64,000 nucleotides of DNA from the IMG/VR virus record IMGVR_UViG_3300034283_001314. One strand, 5' to 3'. Made by a program: the position numbers and the translations under genes. Shown piece after piece: positions 59,484-64,000 of this stretch. Each line of letters opens with the position of its first letter. Position 1 is the first letter of the stretch. The DNA comes from a virus. Taxonomy: Duplodnaviria; Heunggongvirae; Uroviricota; Caudoviricetes. The notes beneath the pieces are model-generated. The model saw only the letters and a program-made list of their open reading frames with translations. It was not told the origin of the DNA and did no database searches.

Positions 59484-59792
59484 ATGTCAGAAGAAGTAGA
59501 AAAATCAGAATCAACCGGTGGTTCAATTAAGAATATACTTATCGGTTTAGTATCAACAATCACATTAGGTGTGGGCGGTTGGTTTACAACAAAATTAACA
59601 GGTGGTGACGAAAAAGAAGCTCCAGTTCAACAAGCAGCTCCTGTAATCAACATTACAAATTCTAACCAACAATCTGCAGGTGGAACAACTAAAGTTATCG
59701 AAAGAGAAAGAGTAGTTGAAAAAGAAAAACCAGCTCCAAAACCTAAAAAGAAAGAAGGTGATGAGTTTAAGGAAGAAGCACCTAAGTGGTAA
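59484..59792 (+). CDS. Single-TM protein
   Basis: ORF track. Confidence 0.6.
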   Translation: MSEEVEKSESTGGSIKNILIGLVSTITLGVGGWFTTKLTGGDEKEAPVQQAAPVINITNSNQQSAGGTTKVIERERVVEKEKPAPKPKKKEGDEFKEEAPKW

Positions 59793-59818
59793 TTTAACAT
59801 ATTAAAAATTTATATAAA

Positions 59819-60475
59819 ATGGCAGAGCAACCGAGTGGTTTTAAAGACCTATTGAGTAATATGATGAAACGCAGATGGTATATCACTGCGTTGGTATTGG
59901 GTGGATTTATGTTTATTATAGGAGGAATGTTCTTCGCTATATTTTCTAAATCCGAAATAGCAGGAGAATGGAAAGAACTTTTACTTTTATTGTTAGGAGC
60001 ATTTATTGGTTCTTATGGTAAAATCATTGACTATTGGTTTAGTGATACTGATAAGGATAAGATGTTAGTACAAAAGATGGATGAGGAAGATGGCACATCA
60101 ATGAGCAATACTGCTGATATGCCTGTAACTCCACCAAACAATACTCCATTGATTCCAGATGCATTTGTACAAGCTGCAAAAAACGCACATGAAATCAATT
60201 TAATCGAAGCAAACAAAGTAGATGTAAAATCGGAACCAAATAATCCACAACATATCGAAACCCCTTTCAAACCACAACCAAGAACAGGCGTAGAGGTAGA
60301 CGAAGATGGTGATGGTGTAATGGATGGTATTGATTTTGATGGTGATGGTAAGATTGATGTATATTTTGCACATAGACAATGTGAACATATTTGGGGTGAT
60401 GTGGATGGAGATGGTGATGAAGAATGTTTGAAGTGTGGAAAGATTAAAGATGAAGATGCTGAAATGGCAGGATAA
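59819..60475 (+). CDS. Two-TM protein with DxDGDG Ca-binding-type repeats
   Basis: Two TMs; DEDGDG, DFDGDG, DVDGDG; CEH...CLKC. Confidence 0.65.
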   Translation: MAEQPSGFKDLLSNMMKRRWYITALVLGGFMFIIGGMFFAIFSKSEIAGEWKELLLLLLGAFIGSYGKIIDYWFSDTDKDKMLVQKMDEEDGTSMSNTADMPVTPPNNTPLIPDAFVQAAKNAHEINLIEANKVDVKSEPNNPQHIETPFKPQPRTGVEVDEDGDGVMDGIDFDGDGKIDVYFAHRQCEHIWGDVDGDGDEECLKCGKIKDEDAEMAG

Positions 60476-60515
60476 ATAGAGGTTACACCTTAATAACAAT
60501 TAAAAGGAGTAAATT

Positions 60516-60794
60516 ATGGGATTTTGGAAAGAATTATTTAAAGACAACAACGATATCAACGAAAAATCAGTAGTTGGTTTCATATCATTCGGTATGATGG
60601 TAATCGCTCTATTCGTAGACTTGGTAACAGGTTGGATGGGTAAAGAATTATTAATCAACGAGTATATTTTTAACGGATTTTTAGTAATCACTTTGGGTTC
60701 ATTTGGTATCGCTTCAGTTGATAAGTACATCAATAGAAAAGCGGAACATGATAAGAACAAATTAGAAGCCGGAGCCGAAGAGGAATTAGGTTAA
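60516..60794 (+). CDS. Small two-TM protein (holin-like)
   Basis: Two TMs; charged C-terminus. Confidence 0.5.
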   Translation: MGFWKELFKDNNDINEKSVVGFISFGMMVIALFVDLVTGWMGKELLINEYIFNGFLVITLGSFGIASVDKYINRKAEHDKNKLEAGAEEELG

Positions 60795-60810
60795 TAATTT
60801 ATTAACATTG

Positions 60811-60839
60811 AAACCCTCACTTTATGTGGGGGTTTTTTT
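60811..60839 (+). terminator. Intrinsic terminator
   Basis: aaaccctcac-tttat-gtgggggttttttt. Confidence 0.8.
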
Positions 60840-60843
60840 ATTT

Positions 60844-61545
60844 ATGCGTATGGATAACTTATTAACAATAGTAATACCTTGTAAAAATGAAAGAGATAAC
60901 ATATATGAGTGTATTGGATTTATTGCAAAGCAAATGGGTTCCGCAGGACTTAAAGTTATTATTGCAGATACTTCCGATGAGGGTGATAGTTTAGATTTTT
61001 TATATTATGTTCAAAGAGATTTTAAATACTCATTGGATATAGAAATTATACAAGGTGGTTTTCCAGCTAAAGCAAGATTAGATGGTAGTAAATTAGTAAC
61101 TACACCTTACATTTTATTTTTGGATGCAGACATAATGTTGCAAGATAAATTCATATTAGGTGAATGTTTAGCATACAATACTGATTTAGTGACGGTACCA
61201 TTTCAAACCGAAAAGGGATTCAATTGGATATTTCGATTATTTGATATCCAGCAAAGAATGAGTAATTGGTTAAGAACTCCTTTTGCAGTAGGTGGATTTC
61301 AATTATGGAAAACTGAAGCATATTGGAAAACCGGTGGATACGATGAAACTCATTTATTCGCAGAAGATTATTGGGTTTCTCAAAGAGCAGAAGTAATGAA
61401 AATACACAAAACAAAAGGTGTATGGACATCTGCAAGAAGATTTAAGAATAAAGGATTTTTTTATATGTTTATATTAAGTATTAAATGCTACATCAACCGA
61501 AACAATACAGAATTTTTCAAAAATCATCAAAATTATTGGATATGA
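60844..61545 (+). CDS. GT2 family glycosyltransferase
   Basis: IVIPCKNE, IIAD, ILFLDAD, GGYDE, AED, TSARRF; start moved past the terminator. Confidence 0.85.
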   Translation: MRMDNLLTIVIPCKNERDNIYECIGFIAKQMGSAGLKVIIADTSDEGDSLDFLYYVQRDFKYSLDIEIIQGGFPAKARLDGSKLVTTPYILFLDADIMLQDKFILGECLAYNTDLVTVPFQTEKGFNWIFRLFDIQQRMSNWLRTPFAVGGFQLWKTEAYWKTGGYDETHLFAEDYWVSQRAEVMKIHKTKGVWTSARRFKNKGFFYMFILSIKCYINRNNTEFFKNHQNYWI

Positions 61546-62264
61546 GATATCAAACGATAATCGTATCTGATTTACATTTGGGAACTAAAGATTCTAAAGC
61601 TGAGGAGTTTATAGAATTTATAGAAGCACACCCAACCGAACTACTAATCCTTAATGGTGATATCATAGATGGGTGGGCTTTGAATAGAGGAACAAAATGG
61701 AAAAAACCACATACAAAGGTTATTTCAAAATTATTACAATTATCAAACAAAACCAGAATCATTTGGATAAGAGGTAATCATGACGAATTTATACAAGAGT
61801 TCATCGGAACACATTTGGGAGCAATTGAAATTAGAGAAGATTATAAGTTGGATATCGATAATACTATGGAGAGTTACTATATTTTCCACGGAGATGTTAT
61901 TGATGTTTTTATAACAAAATATAAATGGTTATCAAAGATAGGTTCAGTAGGATATGATTTTGCACTTTGGTTAAATAGAATTTATAACACATATCGTAAA
62001 TGGAGAAAACTACCTTACATTTCAATATCACAAAAGATTAAGGGTAGTGTTAAAGTAGCAACAAACTATGTAAACGATTTTGAAGTTACCGCATTGAGTA
62101 TGGCTACTAAAAAAGGGTGTAATGGGGTGATTTGTGGCCACATTCACCAACCCGCGGATAGAATGATTAATGGTAAACGATATCTCAATAGTGGAGATTG
62201 GGTAGAAAATATGAGTGCTATTTGTATAGATAATACCGGAAAGGTATATTTATATGAAAAGTAA
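61542..62264 (+). CDS. Metallophosphoesterase, UDP-2,3-diacylglucosamine hydrolase (LpxH)-like
   Basis: SDLHLG, GDIIDGW, GNHD, HGD, CGHIH, NSGDW. Confidence 0.8.
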   Translation: MRYQTIIVSDLHLGTKDSKAEEFIEFIEAHPTELLILNGDIIDGWALNRGTKWKKPHTKVISKLLQLSNKTRIIWIRGNHDEFIQEFIGTHLGAIEIREDYKLDIDNTMESYYIFHGDVIDVFITKYKWLSKIGSVGYDFALWLNRIYNTYRKWRKLPYISISQKIKGSVKVATNYVNDFEVTALSMATKKGCNGVICGHIHQPADRMINGKRYLNSGDWVENMSAICIDNTGKVYLYEK

Positions 62265-62270
62265 TCATGT

Positions 62271-62993
62271 ATGAAAAAATTAAGCGTATTATTAAGTTTC
62301 TTTTTGTTAAGCAGTGTTGTGGGTGTTGCTCAAACAATAGGAAGCACTAAGACAGAACAATTTAAAGCATCGTTTGAAACAAAGATTGATATTTCTCAAT
62401 TCTTAGATTACGATGGTCCTCAAATTCCTATTCAAATTTTAAAGGCAGGTATATCTGATGAGATGTATGAAATGTATCCTGAATTAAAAGAAAAGAGAGT
62501 AGGATTGGGTGTTGCAAATATCTCAATGGAATATTTAGAAAACCTTAATCGTTTCAAATTCACCGAAGATAAAACGGAAATTAAGAATAGAATGGTTAAA
62601 CAATTCCAAGCATCAGCAGCTGGAATTTCCGAAAACAAATTAGATGGTAGAGGAAAGATTAGTTTAGCAGAATACTTTGTAACAATTGAATGTTATGATT
62701 ATTCAGTATCAGAAGATGAGACTATAAACTTAAAAGATGGTATCAAAGATAATATGGTGACAAGAATAGGTTTACAAGTTAGATTTACAAATGCAGAAAC
62801 AGGAGTGGTATTTGGTGCAAGTGGATTAGGAGAAGCAACTACCAATAGACAATTAACACTATTATCAGATGCAACGATAGACCCAATCAAATTCAATCAA
62901 TCAACTATTTCTATTGCAACAAAGAAAGCATTAGATATCGCTTGTGCAAGAATATTAGATAGGATGATTAAAAAAGGAATATTTACAAAATAA
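62271..62993 (+). CDS. Secreted CsgG/HfaB-like protein
   Basis: Signal peptide; GLGVANI..E.L...NRF; AEYFVTIE.YDY; IGLQVRFTNAETG.V..ASG.GEA. Confidence 0.65.
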   Translation: MKKLSVLLSFFLLSSVVGVAQTIGSTKTEQFKASFETKIDISQFLDYDGPQIPIQILKAGISDEMYEMYPELKEKRVGLGVANISMEYLENLNRFKFTEDKTEIKNRMVKQFQASAAGISENKLDGRGKISLAEYFVTIECYDYSVSEDETINLKDGIKDNMVTRIGLQVRFTNAETGVVFGASGLGEATTNRQLTLLSDATIDPIKFNQSTISIATKKALDIACARILDRMIKKGIFTK

Positions 62994-63111
62994 AAATTTA
63001 CAAAATGGGAACAAAACCTAAAAAGAAAAGAGCAATGAGAAGTGTTAAATCTGGAATTAAGACAGCAGAACAAATTAAAAAGAATTTGGCAATTTTACAA
63101 AACTTAAAATA

Positions 63112-63414
63112 ATGAGAAAGTTATTATTAGTATTATTACTGGGATTATTTAGTTGCACACCTGTAAGATATGTGTATGTTGACCAAAAAGATTCAGTTGT
63201 AAAAAAACAAAGAGTTGTATATGATGATTTGTATGTTCCATCACCATTCTTTTTTAATTACGGATGGGGTGTTCCTTATTACAATCCAATCATTATACAA
63301 AGACAAAGACCTATTGTAATTCCACGTAGACCAATAGTACAACCAAATAGATGGGTTAGGCCTAATACTCCACAAAGAACTTTACCACCTAGAGTACCTA
63401 GAGTAAAAAGATAA
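63112..63414 (+). CDS. Lipoprotein with Pro/Arg-rich tail
   Basis: Lipobox LFSC. Confidence 0.7.
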   Translation: MRKLLLVLLLGLFSCTPVRYVYVDQKDSVVKKQRVVYDDLYVPSPFFFNYGWGVPYYNPIIIQRQRPIVIPRRPIVQPNRWVRPNTPQRTLPPRVPRVKR

Positions 63415-64000
63415 TGAAAAAATGGATATCAACATTACTAATAATTGTTATATCCCTAACGGTATTTAAAGCCGAAGGACAAACTTATACCCAATCATTT
63501 ATAGATAAGTGTACCGGTGAGAGAAAGGTTGCAACTACAACAATGATAAATGGTAGTGCAACAGTTTCTTTTTACAATGAGGTAAGAACATTCACACCAT
63601 TAGAAGTTCAAACAGGACAATTACAACTTTGGATAAATCAAGTCTATCTTAGATATTCAACTGCAGCATGTCCTACAAATGTAGTAGTTCAACAAACGGT
63701 AACTAATGCGGTAGCACAAACGGCATCAAACGCGGCAAGTAGTGCAGCAAGTAATGCAGCATCTGCCGCAGCAAGTAGTGCAGCATCTACCGCTGCAAAA
63801 CCACCTACTATAAATGTACCGCCACCACCACCACCTCCGGCGGCATCGGCACCTCCACCACCGGCACCAACGGCATCGGCACCACCTCCGGCAAGTAGTA
63901 GTTCATCAAATCCTCCACCTGCAAGTGGTGGTTCTACACAAAGTGGGGGTAGTTCTTCATCATCTTCGTCACAAAGTTCGGGCAGTTCATCTTCATCGGG
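63414..64000 (+). CDS. Secreted protein with Ala/Pro/Ser-rich linker (3'-truncated)
   Basis: MKKWISTLLIIVISLTVFKAEG-QTYTQSFIDKCTG...; frame open to the window end. Confidence 0.7.
   Translation, partial: MKKWISTLLIIVISLTVFKAEGQTYTQSFIDKCTGERKVATTTMINGSATVSFYNEVRTFTPLEVQTGQLQLWINQVYLRYSTAACPTNVVVQQTVTNAVAQTASNAASSAASNAASAAASSAASTAAKPPTINVPPPPPPPAASAPPPPAPTASAPPPASSSSSNPPPASGGSTQSGGSSSSSSSQSSGSSSSS

Noticed and set aside
25776-61541. ORF-track starts at 25776, 48918, 60808 and 61485
   Set aside because: They overlap upstream genes or a terminator; ATGs at 25836, 48975, 60844 and 61542 fit better.
758-62896. All minus-strand ORFs and short out-of-frame plus-strand ORFs nested in genes
   Set aside because: They are shadows of well-supported + strand genes or tRNAs (e.g. 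39434-40374, 40619-40822, 41311-41502) and have no motifs.
1-64000. Stop-codon reassignment
   Set aside because: Genes are intact in the standard code, TAG and TGA end genes (1940, 48973, 19037, 52214), and there is no suppressor tRNA; the TAG and TGA anticodons are ordinary Leu and Ser.

Overview
A 64 kb segment of a large, AT-rich lytic myovirus (contractile tail, T4-like replication set). All credible genes lie on the + strand and read in the standard code. Repeated TTTG-N19/20-TAnnTTTR promoters point to a Bacteroidota host. Order along the window: (1) Ser/Thr-rich tail fibres with S74 chaperone domains, a glycosyltransferase and a Hint-domain fibre-like protein; (2) sheath, tube, chaperone, tape measure and baseplate genes; (3) auxiliary enzymes and a family A polymerase; (4) SSB, RecA, 5'-3' exonuclease, DnaB-like helicase, class II RNR, thioredoxin, methyltransferase, AAA ATPase; (5) a 4.2 kb RNA island with tmRNA, 18 tRNAs, a ~870 nt GOLLD-like structured RNA and several small structured RNAs; (6) 2H phosphoesterase, PolB, clamp, clamp loader, dUTPase, GroES; (7) a ~12 kb cluster of exported and outer-membrane proteins (two CsgG-like, two cohesin/dockerin-like, a beta-barrel, lipoproteins, GT2, LpxH-like). 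Best novelty candidate: a 22-codon leader peptide containing all 11 amino acids of the adjacent tRNA block. Its stop codon lies in a 10-bp antiterminator arm that competes with a terminator ending one base before the first tRNA, i.e. a putative translation-sensing attenuator for a phage tRNA array. The second candidate is the envelope/cohesin-dockerin export cluster. Family assignments come from motif recognition by eye; no searches were run.
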